Virus record (IMG/VR): IMGVR_UViG_3300043395_001986
Coordinates: 109,308 to 173,307 of that record
Reading direction: 5' to 3' (one strand)
Source: a virus
Taxonomy: Duplodnaviria > Heunggongvirae > Uroviricota > Caudoviricetes
Length of the DNA: 64,000 nt
In this document: piece after piece, positions 50,650 through 60,466 of the stretch
Layout: each line of letters starts with the position of its first letter
Position numbering within the stretch: position 1 is the first letter of the stretch
Made by a program: the position numbers and the translations under genes
Notes under the pieces: model-generated
Databases searched by the model: none
Seen by the model: the letters and a program-made list of their open reading frames with translations, nothing else
Told to the model about the DNA's origin: nothing

Positions 50650-50704
50650 CCTTATGGGCTTTGGTGATATAGCCATAAAGAGAGATAGATGTTTCTCATT
50701 CACT

Positions 50705-50740
50705 AAAATAGGTAGGTGTTTCCACCACCTGCTTATTTTT
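50705..50740 (+). terminator. terminator-like hairpin within the array
   Basis: AAAATAGGTAGGTG / CACCTGCTTATTTT. Confidence 0.55.
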
Positions 50741-50743
50741 ATT

Positions 50744-50818
50744 GGACCTGTAGCTCAGTTGGTTAGTAGCACCTGACTCATAATCAGGGGGTCATAGGTT
50801 CAAGTCCTATCGGGTCCA
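50744..50818 (+). tRNA. tRNA (CAT), elongator Met or Ile2
   Basis: Fully paired G1-C72; anticodon loop CTCATAA. Confidence 0.88.
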
Positions 50819-50847
50819 CAAATTATTAAAATTTAAAACATAAAACT

Positions 50848-51123
50848 ATGGAATTTTTTGGTTATTATTATTTGATTTGTTTGGTGTATTGTTTGTATAT
50901 GTCATTCAAAAAATGGAACAGAGATGTTAAAACAGGTGGGTTAGGTATTTCACCTGGTTTAGACACAATGGCTATGTTGATTATGTGTTGGGCATTGGCT
51001 CCAATTGATATATTTTTGACATGGGTTAGGGTCTATAAAGAAGCAGAAGAAGCTAGAAGAAATCAAAGTAAATTTGAAATGGATACTAAAGATTTCGAAA
51101 AAGAAAAAGGTAATATCTATTAA
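50848..51123 (+). CDS. small membrane protein
   Basis: Two hydrophobic segments and a charged tail. Confidence 0.7.
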   Translation: MEFFGYYYLICLVYCLYMSFKKWNRDVKTGGLGISPGLDTMAMLIMCWALAPIDIFLTWVRVYKEAEEARRNQSKFEMDTKDFEKEKGNIY

Positions 51124-51130
51124 TATAACA

Positions 51131-51215
51131 GGAGAGATGGCAGAGTGGTTGAATGCACCGGTCTTGAAAACCGGCATACTGAAAGGTATCTGGGGTTCGA
51201 ATCCCTGTCTCTCCG
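51131..51215 (+). tRNA. tRNA-Ser (TGA)
   Basis: Cloverleaf; long variable arm; G73. Confidence 0.94.
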
Positions 51216-51311
51216 CAAATTTGGAGCACGAAGAACTAACATAATCGGAGTGCTTAACCCATAAGTTGATTAAATTCAATTATAAGGTTTCCAGTGAGTT
51301 AGTTCAAAAAT

Positions 51312-51471
51312 TGTAAGGTGGTGAAATTGTGCACACATCGGCAGACACACCCACTCGTCTCGTGGGCGCTGAGTTTGAAATAGGTAAATGAATATGGGTT
51401 GACCACAAAGCCGGCTATTTTGTTCTTTACTGAATCACAGCATGAAGGTTCGATTCCTTCCCTTACAGCCA
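51312..51471 (+). ncRNA. 160-nt tRNA-like RNA with expanded D-loop and about 77-nt variable region
   Basis: TGTAAGG/CCTTACA-G-CCA; T-arm GAAGGTTCGATTCCTTC; CCCAC-TCGTCTC-GTGGG arm. Confidence 0.7.
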
Positions 51472-51484
51472 AAATACTATATTT

Positions 51485-52051
51485 ATGAGTATGAGAATTA
51501 AACTATTTGTTGCATTACCAAGTGAGTTTCCAATAGAAAAAGCACCATTAGGAGTAGATGTTATTTATACAGGAGTTGGTAAAATAAACGCAGCAATTAA
51601 AGCTACTCAAACATTAGAAAATTTATCACCAGCAGATACTATTGTTATTAATTATGGAAGTGCAGGTGGACATATCACTATGATTAATAGTTTGTTTAAA
51701 TGTAAAAACTTTGTCCAAAGGGATATGGATGCAAGACCATTTGCTAAAAAAACAATTACACCATTTGATGAAGTTGTTTGGAATAAATTAAATTTAGTAA
51801 ATGATTCAATTGATTTTAACGGATTAGGATATCATACTTGTCATACACAAGACCGATTTGAAACATCACCAAATAGAATTTCCGATATGGAAGCATACTC
51901 AATCGCAAAAGTATGTAAGATTTATGGATTTGATTTTACAGCATACAAATATATAAGTGATAGTGGTAATCACAAAGATTGGTCAGAAAATCACAATAAA
52001 GGGATTGAATTATTTTTAGAACAATTAAAAAAAGATTTTAAAATAGGATAA
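51485..52051 (+). CDS. purine nucleoside phosphorylase / MTA-SAH nucleosidase-like protein
   Basis: TGVGKINAA, INYGSAGG, DMEAYSIA and KYISD motifs. Confidence 0.8.
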   Translation: MSMRIKLFVALPSEFPIEKAPLGVDVIYTGVGKINAAIKATQTLENLSPADTIVINYGSAGGHITMINSLFKCKNFVQRDMDARPFAKKTITPFDEVVWNKLNLVNDSIDFNGLGYHTCHTQDRFETSPNRISDMEAYSIAKVCKIYGFDFTAYKYISDSGNHKDWSENHNKGIELFLEQLKKDFKIG

Positions 52052-53262
52052 TGGTTATAGAATACAACTTAAATGAAAGTTACGAAGGTGGTTTAAATTT
52101 TTTTGTTTATCAACAAAATTGTTGCACAAGAGAGGAAGCAATGTATTTTTTATTAAGTAATAATTTTGAACTTAATAAAGATTTTGTAATGCAAGACAAT
52201 ATACATCATTACAAAAAAATAGGTCTAAAATTAAATACGGAAGATTATATTAATCTTATATGGGTATCTAGAAATCAAGATAGTATTTCAAATTATGCAG
52301 CCGAAGGAATACATTTCATAAATGTATATGATTACAATCCGGCAGTTAGAGAAGGATTAGAAAAATATGCAGTTTCATCCGATAAACATGTTTATATAAT
52401 AAATTCTACATACGGCGAAGGTGGATGTATCTATGAAGATATTATGAAAATATATTCGGATAGAAATTTGAGAGGATACCATGCAACTGATAAAGTACAC
52501 TATAAAGATACACCTGGATTTATATATGATTTCGGCCTAACCGCTAGAAGATTTTTTGCATCTTCTGTACTACATAAATTACCAAAGCATGTTTTTGATG
52601 CAAAAGATAAATCTAAAAGATTTATTTTCTCTATGAGAAAAATATCATTTCAATGGAGACAAGCATTTTACAAAGTTTTAATCAAACACAAGGCATTAAA
52701 TAATCCAAAGTTTTTGGTTACTATGGCTAATATGGTGGATGATAATAAACGATATATGGACTCAAGATTTACAATGATTGATGAAACATATGGTGGGTTT
52801 TCGTTCCCAAATAATCAGGTTAAAGAAGCATGTTGGATTAAAAAATTAAGAGATGTTGAGTTTATGGGTAGAATTGATGCGGTTTTTGAATCAAATAACA
52901 TCCCACCAAATGAAACTAAAATACCAGATGGTAATTTCTTAACTGAAAAAACTTTTAATTATCTATTTAACGAATTACCATTCTTATATGTTTCAAATCA
53001 TTGTCATTTAATTCTTAAAAATGCAAAATTAGATGATTATTCGGAAGTATGGGGATTAGATTTTAATCATCCAGATTTTAATAATCATGTTTTGGATAGA
53101 ATAGATGAATTATGTAATTTATCTGATGAAGAGTTTGAAGAAGTAGTTGCTAAAGCAGAAATTGTTGCAACTAAAAATTATAAAAGATTTTTGGAATTAG
53201 TTTCCGAAGACCCGTTACCTAAATTTATACGATTATACAATGGTGAAGCATTTAATAACTAG
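52051..53262 (+). CDS. hypothetical protein, possibly glycosyltransferase-like
   Basis: 403 aa; FLTEKT...PFL motif; weak. Confidence 0.45.
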   Translation: MVIEYNLNESYEGGLNFFVYQQNCCTREEAMYFLLSNNFELNKDFVMQDNIHHYKKIGLKLNTEDYINLIWVSRNQDSISNYAAEGIHFINVYDYNPAVREGLEKYAVSSDKHVYIINSTYGEGGCIYEDIMKIYSDRNLRGYHATDKVHYKDTPGFIYDFGLTARRFFASSVLHKLPKHVFDAKDKSKRFIFSMRKISFQWRQAFYKVLIKHKALNNPKFLVTMANMVDDNKRYMDSRFTMIDETYGGFSFPNNQVKEACWIKKLRDVEFMGRIDAVFESNNIPPNETKIPDGNFLTEKTFNYLFNELPFLYVSNHCHLILKNAKLDDYSEVWGLDFNHPDFNNHVLDRIDELCNLSDEEFEEVVAKAEIVATKNYKRFLELVSEDPLPKFIRLYNGEAFNN

Positions 53263-54283
53263 TGGGTGTTCATTTACTCGTTTAAAGCATCCATATGTTG
53301 GAAGTGATATACATAAAAGAAATTCAGCTAAAGAAGATACTGAAACATATTATACATATGCTCATCATTTAGCTAAAAAATATAATTTAGAATTACATAA
53401 CGAAGGATTTCCAACATTTGATAATGGTGGAATTGTTAATACAATTATACAAAGAGTTAATAAGCTATTAAAGAATGGAATAGCAACTGATGAAATTTTT
53501 GTGATTGCTCAATTCACAACTTCTGTTAGATATTCATTTTTAGTAGATAAGAATTTAAGTATATTAAGAGATTATGATGTTTCAAAAGTAGGTATAGGAC
53601 ATACTGCTAATTATTTAGATGAAGGGCAATCTTATTATGATAATGGATATGCTTTTTTAGGAAGTGGGTCACCACCATTACAAAACCAAGCTCAAAATAG
53701 ATTTAATAAAATATATGATGGTTTATTAGATGAAACGAATGCAACATTTTTAATGATAAAAAACATACATCATCTGCAAACATTTCTAAAATCAAAAGGA
53801 ATTAAATATGTTTGCTTTTTTATGTTAAATCAATTAGTTGATAACTCATATTATCCATTCAATCATCATAGAGATTTTAAATATTATAATGAAAATTGGA
53901 GCGATTTAAAATTTGGAGAATTGGCTTCTAAAAAATTCATACCATACAATAGAGAAAATACAGAAATTTGGAATAATTTCAATAATCAATATTGGAAAAT
54001 ATTTTTAGATGATATTGATTTTGGACCATTTTGGTTTTTTAATAATGAAGCAACAAAATATTCTGGAGTATTCGAATGGTCTTTTTCTAAATTTAATAAA
54101 GATGAATTGTTGTATACTTGGCACGAAGAAGAAAGTTCAGAATGTAAAACAAAAGATGAATTAATTAATTGGTTAAATAAAGTAGGATTTCAGGGGTATC
54201 ACCCATCGGCAGAATTGTGGAAAATATTTGTAGAAGAAGAATTAATACCACATATAAATAAAACACATCCTAATATTTTTTAA
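53240..54283 (+). CDS. SGNH-like hypothetical protein
   Basis: LITSGCSFT N-terminus; YHPS near the C-terminus. Confidence 0.5.
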   Translation: MVKHLITSGCSFTRLKHPYVGSDIHKRNSAKEDTETYYTYAHHLAKKYNLELHNEGFPTFDNGGIVNTIIQRVNKLLKNGIATDEIFVIAQFTTSVRYSFLVDKNLSILRDYDVSKVGIGHTANYLDEGQSYYDNGYAFLGSGSPPLQNQAQNRFNKIYDGLLDETNATFLMIKNIHHLQTFLKSKGIKYVCFFMLNQLVDNSYYPFNHHRDFKYYNENWSDLKFGELASKKFIPYNRENTEIWNNFNNQYWKIFLDDIDFGPFWFFNNEATKYSGVFEWSFSKFNKDELLYTWHEEESSECKTKDELINWLNKVGFQGYHPSAELWKIFVEEELIPHINKTHPNIF

Positions 54284-54313
54284 TTCGGATTTTTTTTAGT
54301 ATATTTGTTATAT

Positions 54314-56836
54314 ATGTATCAAAACGTTTATTATCAACGAGAAAGAAATCTTGTTCACTTATGGGATGACAAATTAGGTTACACTACATTTCGTTATCAA
54401 CCATACGCATTTCAAAAAAACCCAATGGGTGACCATACTACAATGTATGGTGATAGAGTTTCAAAGTTAACAAAGTTTCAAAAAGATGATCCAGATTTAT
54501 TTGAAGCAGATGTTCCCGAAACAACTCGTATATTAGTAGATGCCTATTATGATTCTGATTTACCATCGGAAGGTCATATTGTATTGACTTTTGATATTGA
54601 GGTTGAGATGATAACAGGTCTACCAAATACAGAAAAAGCTGAAAATGAAATTACTGCAATTGCTTTACATGATTCTGCTACCGATGAATATTATGCATTA
54701 GTTTTAGATAAAGAAGGCAAAATAAAACAAAATGTTTCTAAACAAAATAATAGGACAGTTAAAACATTTAGAAGCGAAAAAGAACTTTTAAGTGATTTTG
54801 TCACTTTGTATGAACACATAAATCCAACTATCATAACAGGTTGGAATATTGATTTCTTTGATGTTCCATATCTTTATAATCGCCTAAAAAACTTATTTGG
54901 ACCAACATACGCAAATAGATTATCACCAATAGGTGAATGTTTCTATTCACCATATAGAAAAAGATGGTCTTTTGCAGGAGTTTCTTCTTTGGATTATATT
55001 AATTTATATAAAAATTATAACTATGGGTTAGAACCATCTTATACTTTGAATTATATTGCAAAGAAGGAATTGGGTAGAGAGAAAATTGCATATGAGGGAA
55101 GTTTAGATGACCTATTTAGAGAAGATATTGAAAAGTTTATTGAGTATAATATTGTGGATGTTGAATTGGTTGTTGAATTAGATAGAAAATTACAATTCAT
55201 TGACCTTTGTAGAGGTATCTGCCACGCTGGTCATGTTCCATACGAAGATTTTGTTTATTCTTCAAAATATTTAGAAGGAGCATGTATGACCTACCTTAAA
55301 AGAAAGGGATTAGTTGCACCAAATAAACCAGCTGATAGGAAAGAAAGAATGCAAGAAATCAATGATAATAATCAAGAAAAGTTTATTGGTGCATATGTGA
55401 AAGACCCTATACCTGGAAAATATGATTGGTTATATGACTTGGATTTGACATCACTATATCCATCAATCATTATGACTCTTAATATTTCACCGGAAACAAA
55501 GGTGGGTAAGATTAGAGGATTTGATATGGAAGGGTGGGTTAAAGGAACAACAAACGAATATGAGGTAGAAAATTCGGATTTAGTTTATACACATGAAGAG
55601 TTGAAAGAATTATTGAATGACAATAATATGGCAATCTCTTCTAATGGAGTATTATATAATCAGGATAAACCAGGATTAATTCCTGATATCCTAAATTTAT
55701 GGTTCTCTCAACGTGTGGAGTTCCGTAAATTAGAAAAACAATATGGAAAAGAAGGCAACAAACAACAGCATGCTTTTTATGCAAAAAGACAGCTCGTTCA
55801 AAAAATTCTTCTTAACTCAATGTATGGTGTATTGGGACTTCCTGCTTTCCGTTTCTATGATGTGGATAATGCAGAAGCCGTTACAACAACAGGACAGACA
55901 GTTATTAAGAACACTGCTAAAATGGCAAACATCAAGTATAACAAAGAGCTTGGAACAAATGAAGATTACAACATTTATATTGATACGGATTCTGTATTCT
56001 TTTCTGCGTTACCACTTGTTAAACATCGCTTTCCAAATTGGGAAAGTTTTACGGATAGTGAATTAGCTATAAAAATTGATGAAATAGCAGGTGAAGTTCA
56101 AGAATTTCTCAATAAGTTCTACGATTTGATGGCAGATAAAATGTTTAATGTAAAAAAACATAGATTTGAAATCAAAAAGGAATATATCAGTAAAGCTGGT
56201 ATTTGGATTGCAAAGAAACGATATGCACAATGGATTATCGCAGCGAATGGATTACCTGTTGATAAATTGGATGTTAAAGGATTGGATGTAGTTCGTTCAT
56301 CATTCCCCAAAGCATTTCAGGACTTTATGGCTAGAGTATTGAGAGATATTCTTATGGGTAAGAAACAAAGTGATGTTGATGATGAAATTTTAGAATTTAA
56401 AAAGAACATTGTTAATTTACCAATTGAGCATATCGCCAAAGGAAGTGCCGTAAAAGAAATTAGTAAATATGATAAAAAGAGTAGTAAGTTGAATTTAGCT
56501 GAATTTGAGAAATCAACTCCTGCGCATGTTAAAGCAGCTATTGCATATAATCGTTTACTTAAATTTTACGATTGTCCTTTTAAATATGAACCATTAAGAG
56601 ATGGTGATAAAACAAAATGGGTATATCTGAAAGCAAATCCTCTAAATTTAGATGGATGTGCGTTTAAAGGATATGATGACCCTAAAGAAATTAAAGATTT
56701 TATAACCCAATATATTGATTATGATAGAATCTTTGAAGCCGAATTGGAAAGTAAGTTGGATGATTTCTATTCTGCATTGGGTTGGGAGAAAGTAACCGCT
56801 GAAACAAAAAAAGCGGCAGAATTTTTTTCTTTTTAG
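54314..56836 (+). CDS. family-B DNA polymerase (T4 gp43-like)
   Basis: Exo FDIEV; DLTSLYPSII; KILLNSMYG; YIDTDS; KKRY. Confidence 0.96.
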   Translation: MYQNVYYQRERNLVHLWDDKLGYTTFRYQPYAFQKNPMGDHTTMYGDRVSKLTKFQKDDPDLFEADVPETTRILVDAYYDSDLPSEGHIVLTFDIEVEMITGLPNTEKAENEITAIALHDSATDEYYALVLDKEGKIKQNVSKQNNRTVKTFRSEKELLSDFVTLYEHINPTIITGWNIDFFDVPYLYNRLKNLFGPTYANRLSPIGECFYSPYRKRWSFAGVSSLDYINLYKNYNYGLEPSYTLNYIAKKELGREKIAYEGSLDDLFREDIEKFIEYNIVDVELVVELDRKLQFIDLCRGICHAGHVPYEDFVYSSKYLEGACMTYLKRKGLVAPNKPADRKERMQEINDNNQEKFIGAYVKDPIPGKYDWLYDLDLTSLYPSIIMTLNISPETKVGKIRGFDMEGWVKGTTNEYEVENSDLVYTHEELKELLNDNNMAISSNGVLYNQDKPGLIPDILNLWFSQRVEFRKLEKQYGKEGNKQQHAFYAKRQLVQKILLNSMYGVLGLPAFRFYDVDNAEAVTTTGQTVIKNTAKMANIKYNKELGTNEDYNIYIDTDSVFFSALPLVKHRFPNWESFTDSELAIKIDEIAGEVQEFLNKFYDLMADKMFNVKKHRFEIKKEYISKAGIWIAKKRYAQWIIAANGLPVDKLDVKGLDVVRSSFPKAFQDFMARVLRDILMGKKQSDVDDEILEFKKNIVNLPIEHIAKGSAVKEISKYDKKSSKLNLAEFEKSTPAHVKAAIAYNRLLKFYDCPFKYEPLRDGDKTKWVYLKANPLNLDGCAFKGYDDPKEIKDFITQYIDYDRIFEAELESKLDDFYSALGWEKVTAETKKAAEFFSF

Positions 56837-56876
56837 AAAAAAGTTTCGTATATTTGTAAAAATTAAAACTTAAAAT

Positions 56877-57596
56877 ATGAACAAAACAAGAATTACAAGA
56901 TTTATCCAAAAGTATAATTTGGCTGGATTAGTAGAATCAGTTGCTTGGAAAGCAGGTGATAACAAATTAGTTACTCGTTTTATCTCCGATGATAAGACAG
57001 TATTAGGTGAAATTGAATTGGATAACTTTTCATTCACATCTCCGGAATTAGGAGTTTACACTACATCTACTTTATCAAAATTGCTTTCAGTAGCAGGTGA
57101 AGATGTTGAATTAGATGTACAAGAAGTTGATGGTAAAGCAATCAATTTATTTGTTAAAAGTGATGACACAAAGTTACAATTTCAGTTAGCTGATTTGGCG
57201 GTTATTCCAAATGTACCTGACTTGAAAAAACTTCCTAATTTTGATATCCAAATCAATTTTGACGGAAAATTTATTGACAAATTCATCAAAGCCAAAAACG
57301 CATTGAGTGATGTTGATACATTCACTGTCTTAACAGAAAAGGGTGAATTGAAAGTTGTATTAGGGTACTCAAATGTAAACTCTAATAGAGCTATATTTTC
57401 TGTTCAAAAAGATTTCGCAACAGAGATTAAACCAATTTCTTTTTCAGCAAAATACTTTAAAGAAATTCTTACTGCAAACAAAGAAGCAACTTCGGTTGTA
57501 TTAAATGTATCAACATCTGGTTTAGCACACGCTGAATTTAAAGTTGATGACTTTACTTCAAAATATTATTTAGTTGAAGTACAATTGACAGCGTAA
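56877..57596 (+). CDS. sliding clamp (gp45-like)
   Basis: Follows PolB; about 240 aa with a two-domain beta-rich pattern; C-terminal SKYYLV. Confidence 0.7.
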   Translation: MNKTRITRFIQKYNLAGLVESVAWKAGDNKLVTRFISDDKTVLGEIELDNFSFTSPELGVYTTSTLSKLLSVAGEDVELDVQEVDGKAINLFVKSDDTKLQFQLADLAVIPNVPDLKKLPNFDIQINFDGKFIDKFIKAKNALSDVDTFTVLTEKGELKVVLGYSNVNSNRAIFSVQKDFATEIKPISFSAKYFKEILTANKEATSVVLNVSTSGLAHAEFKVDDFTSKYYLVEVQLTA

Positions 57597-59167
57597 TGAG
57601 TTTTGAATATAATAAAAAATACTTTTACGAAAGAAACGATTGGTTGTATAGAGATGATATAAATCTCAAATACGAAAATGTTTTAAAAATGCCATTCACT
57701 CAATTTGAAGAGTGGGTGGCATATTTTCGTGCTGTTGCTGTAAAAGAATGGAATGAAACCGGTGCACCACCAAGAATAGGTGTTGATGAAGCAGAAATTA
57801 TAGAAAACTTTTCTAAATTACAAACTTATAAAGTAAATGAGTTTGAAGAAAAAGATGATGATGGAAATGAAGTAATATTCAATTTCAATAAATTTGCAAC
57901 ACCTGTTAATCAATTCTTTCCTGCGATGTATAAAACTGGTATTGGTGGTTCAACATATGAAAAGCCAAAACCATCAATATATGATGTATTTGCAAATGAT
58001 GCATATCTTCCTGAATTTGTAAAAGCGATGAGAAGATTAACACGTCAAGATGGAATGTATCGTTTTACAAAAACATTGCATCTTAATCATCCTGATTTTC
58101 ATAATTCTCATATACAAAGTGGTAAAGAATGGATTGAAGAATGGATGAGAGGTAATATTAAAGAAGGTTATGAATTTTGTTTATCTCAAGCGGATAGCAA
58201 AGTTCCATCACCACCAATTACTGCACAAGAAGTAAAAGATTTGTATAAATCCGGTATCATTGGATATCATCACATTTCATCTTTAAAAACAGCAGATTGG
58301 GGTGATAACATTGATAATTTGGTAGACCTTCCAAAGCAACCTATACAAATTAAATTATATCCATTAGGTCAAACAATATTTCCAGAAGCAACCGCTGCAT
58401 TTAGAATTGGTATGGGAACACAGGCGGCAGTAAATTTCCCACCTTTAACTGCGAAATATCTTTACCAAAAATTCACAGAACATATCAAAGAACAAGATGT
58501 GATTAATATCTATGACCCATCTTCTGGGTGGGGTGGTAGAATATTAGGAGCATTATCAGTAGATGATAGAAATATTCACTACATTGGTAATGACCCTAAT
58601 ACCGAAAACCAAATACCTGAAATAGGTAAAACTAGATATGAATATTTAGCTGAATTTTTTAACAATAAAGTTCCAGGCGCTGCTAATCCATTTTGGGGAC
58701 ATGCAAATACTTACGAAATATTCACAACGGGTTCGGAAATTATAAGTGAAGACCCTAGATTTCAAAAGTATAAAGGTAAGTTGGATTTTGTATTCACTTC
58801 TCCACCTTATTTTGATAGAGAGCGATATTCTGAAGATGATACACAATCTTTTAAAAAGTTTGCTTCATATGAGAGTTGGCGAGATGGTTTTTTAAGACCA
58901 ACTTTAACAACCGCATTTGAGTATTTGAGAAACGATAGATATATTTGTTGGAATATCGCCGATATCAAAGTTGGTAGTGATAAATGGTTTACTTTGGAAC
59001 AAGATAGTATTGATATTCTTACTGAATTGGGTATGGAGTATAAAGGAAAAATAAGAATGACAATGAGTCCAATGACAGGAATGGATTTGTCAAAAGCAAA
59101 AAATAGTATGCAAATAGGTGGTGAATTTTATAAATACGAACCAATATTTGTTTTTTATAAACCTTAA
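57596..59167 (+). CDS. second SAM-dependent amino-type DNA methyltransferase-like protein
   Basis: IYDPSSGWGGRI and FTSPPYF; C-terminal EPIFVFYK parallels the 38458 protein. Confidence 0.8.
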   Translation: MSFEYNKKYFYERNDWLYRDDINLKYENVLKMPFTQFEEWVAYFRAVAVKEWNETGAPPRIGVDEAEIIENFSKLQTYKVNEFEEKDDDGNEVIFNFNKFATPVNQFFPAMYKTGIGGSTYEKPKPSIYDVFANDAYLPEFVKAMRRLTRQDGMYRFTKTLHLNHPDFHNSHIQSGKEWIEEWMRGNIKEGYEFCLSQADSKVPSPPITAQEVKDLYKSGIIGYHHISSLKTADWGDNIDNLVDLPKQPIQIKLYPLGQTIFPEATAAFRIGMGTQAAVNFPPLTAKYLYQKFTEHIKEQDVINIYDPSSGWGGRILGALSVDDRNIHYIGNDPNTENQIPEIGKTRYEYLAEFFNNKVPGAANPFWGHANTYEIFTTGSEIISEDPRFQKYKGKLDFVFTSPPYFDRERYSEDDTQSFKKFASYESWRDGFLRPTLTTAFEYLRNDRYICWNIADIKVGSDKWFTLEQDSIDILTELGMEYKGKIRMTMSPMTGMDLSKAKNSMQIGGEFYKYEPIFVFYKP

Positions 59168-59171
59168 TTAT

Positions 59172-59603
59172 ATGTTTGTTAAAATTAAAAAATTAAATGA
59201 AAATGCAGTAATTCCTAAATACGCTAAAGATGGCGATGCGGGAATGGATTTAGTAGCAACATCAATTATATCAGAAACCAATACACAAATTACATATGGT
59301 ATTGGATTGGCATTGGAAATACCTGATGGATTTGTAGGATTAGTATTCCCTCGTTCTTCAATTAGAAAGACTAGATTACAATTAAGTAATTCAGTTGGTG
59401 TAATTGATAGCGGATATAGAGGTGAATTACAAGCAACATTCAATAAAATTAATAACAATTCTCAATCCGAAAATGATTACAAAATAGGTGATAGAATTGC
59501 ACAAATTATGATTATTCCATATCCTAAAATAATATTTAGAGAAGTAGAAGAATTATCCAATACCGAAAGAGGCGATGGTGGATTTGGTTCTACGGGCAAA
59601 TAG
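59172..59603 (+). CDS. dut: dUTPase (trimeric)
   Basis: AGMDL, PRSS, GVIDSGYRGE, RIAQ and RGDGGFGSTG motifs. Confidence 0.96.
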   Translation: MFVKIKKLNENAVIPKYAKDGDAGMDLVATSIISETNTQITYGIGLALEIPDGFVGLVFPRSSIRKTRLQLSNSVGVIDSGYRGELQATFNKINNNSQSENDYKIGDRIAQIMIIPYPKIIFREVEELSNTERGDGGFGSTGK

Positions 59604-59629
59604 TATATATTTATAAAAAAATAAATACT

Positions 59630-60466
59630 ATGATTTTAAAAAGAGGTGATAACAACGATAATGTTAAAAAACTACAAGAGAAATTACATTTAGACCCGGT
59701 AGGAAACTTTGGACCTAAAACCGAAGAAGCAGTTAAAGTATGGCAAGCAGCTCATGGTTTGGCAGCAGATGGTATTGTGGGTGATAAGACTTGGGCAATG
59801 ATTATGGGTGAAGAAGAACATGCAGAAGTTAAACAACAAGTTGCAGCAGTATCCAATTCAACAGGTCTTAATCTATCTAAATTAAAAGGACATATTCCTG
59901 ATGCAGTAATCGCAATGATTCCTGATACAGCAGCTAAGTTCCAAATTAATACTCCGTTAAGATTGGCACACTTCTTAGCACAATGTGGACACGAAAGTGG
60001 TGGATTCAGATTAACAAAAGAAAACCTAAACTATTCAGCTAAAGGTTTGAATGGTATCTTTAAGAAATACTTCCCAACTTTAGAATCAGCTCTACCTTAC
60101 GAAAGAAAGCCTGAAAAGATTGCAAACAAAGTATATGGTGGAAGAATGGGTAACGGCCCTGAAAGTAGTGGTGATGGTGCAAAGTTTTGCGGCCGTGGAT
60201 ATATTCAATTAACAGGTAGAGATAACTATACTGCATTTGGTAAAGCAATCGGGGAAGATGTAACAACAAACCCACAAGTAGTAGCTGAAAAATACGCGTT
60301 ATTATCAGCAGCATGGTTCTTCAATAAGAACAAATTACATATAATGGCTGATGGTGGTGCGACTGACGCAGTAGTAACATCAATTACTAAAAGAGTAAAT
60401 GGTGGAACAATTGGTTTAGCAGATAGAATTAAACATTTTAAAGAATACTATAATTTATTAGCGTAA
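59630..60466 (+). CDS. endolysin: peptidoglycan-binding domain plus GH19 catalytic domain
   Basis: VKKLQ..L...G.FGPKT...DGIVGDKT; AHFLAQCGHESGGF; GRGYIQLTG; TKRVNGG. Confidence 0.92.
   Translation: MILKRGDNNDNVKKLQEKLHLDPVGNFGPKTEEAVKVWQAAHGLAADGIVGDKTWAMIMGEEEHAEVKQQVAAVSNSTGLNLSKLKGHIPDAVIAMIPDTAAKFQINTPLRLAHFLAQCGHESGGFRLTKENLNYSAKGLNGIFKKYFPTLESALPYERKPEKIANKVYGGRMGNGPESSGDGAKFCGRGYIQLTGRDNYTAFGKAIGEDVTTNPQVVAEKYALLSAAWFFNKNKLHIMADGGATDAVVTSITKRVNGGTIGLADRIKHFKEYYNLLA

Noticed and set aside
47516-51215. Apparent absence of Lys, Phe and Val tRNAs
   Set aside because: They may lie outside this window, so no conclusion can be drawn.
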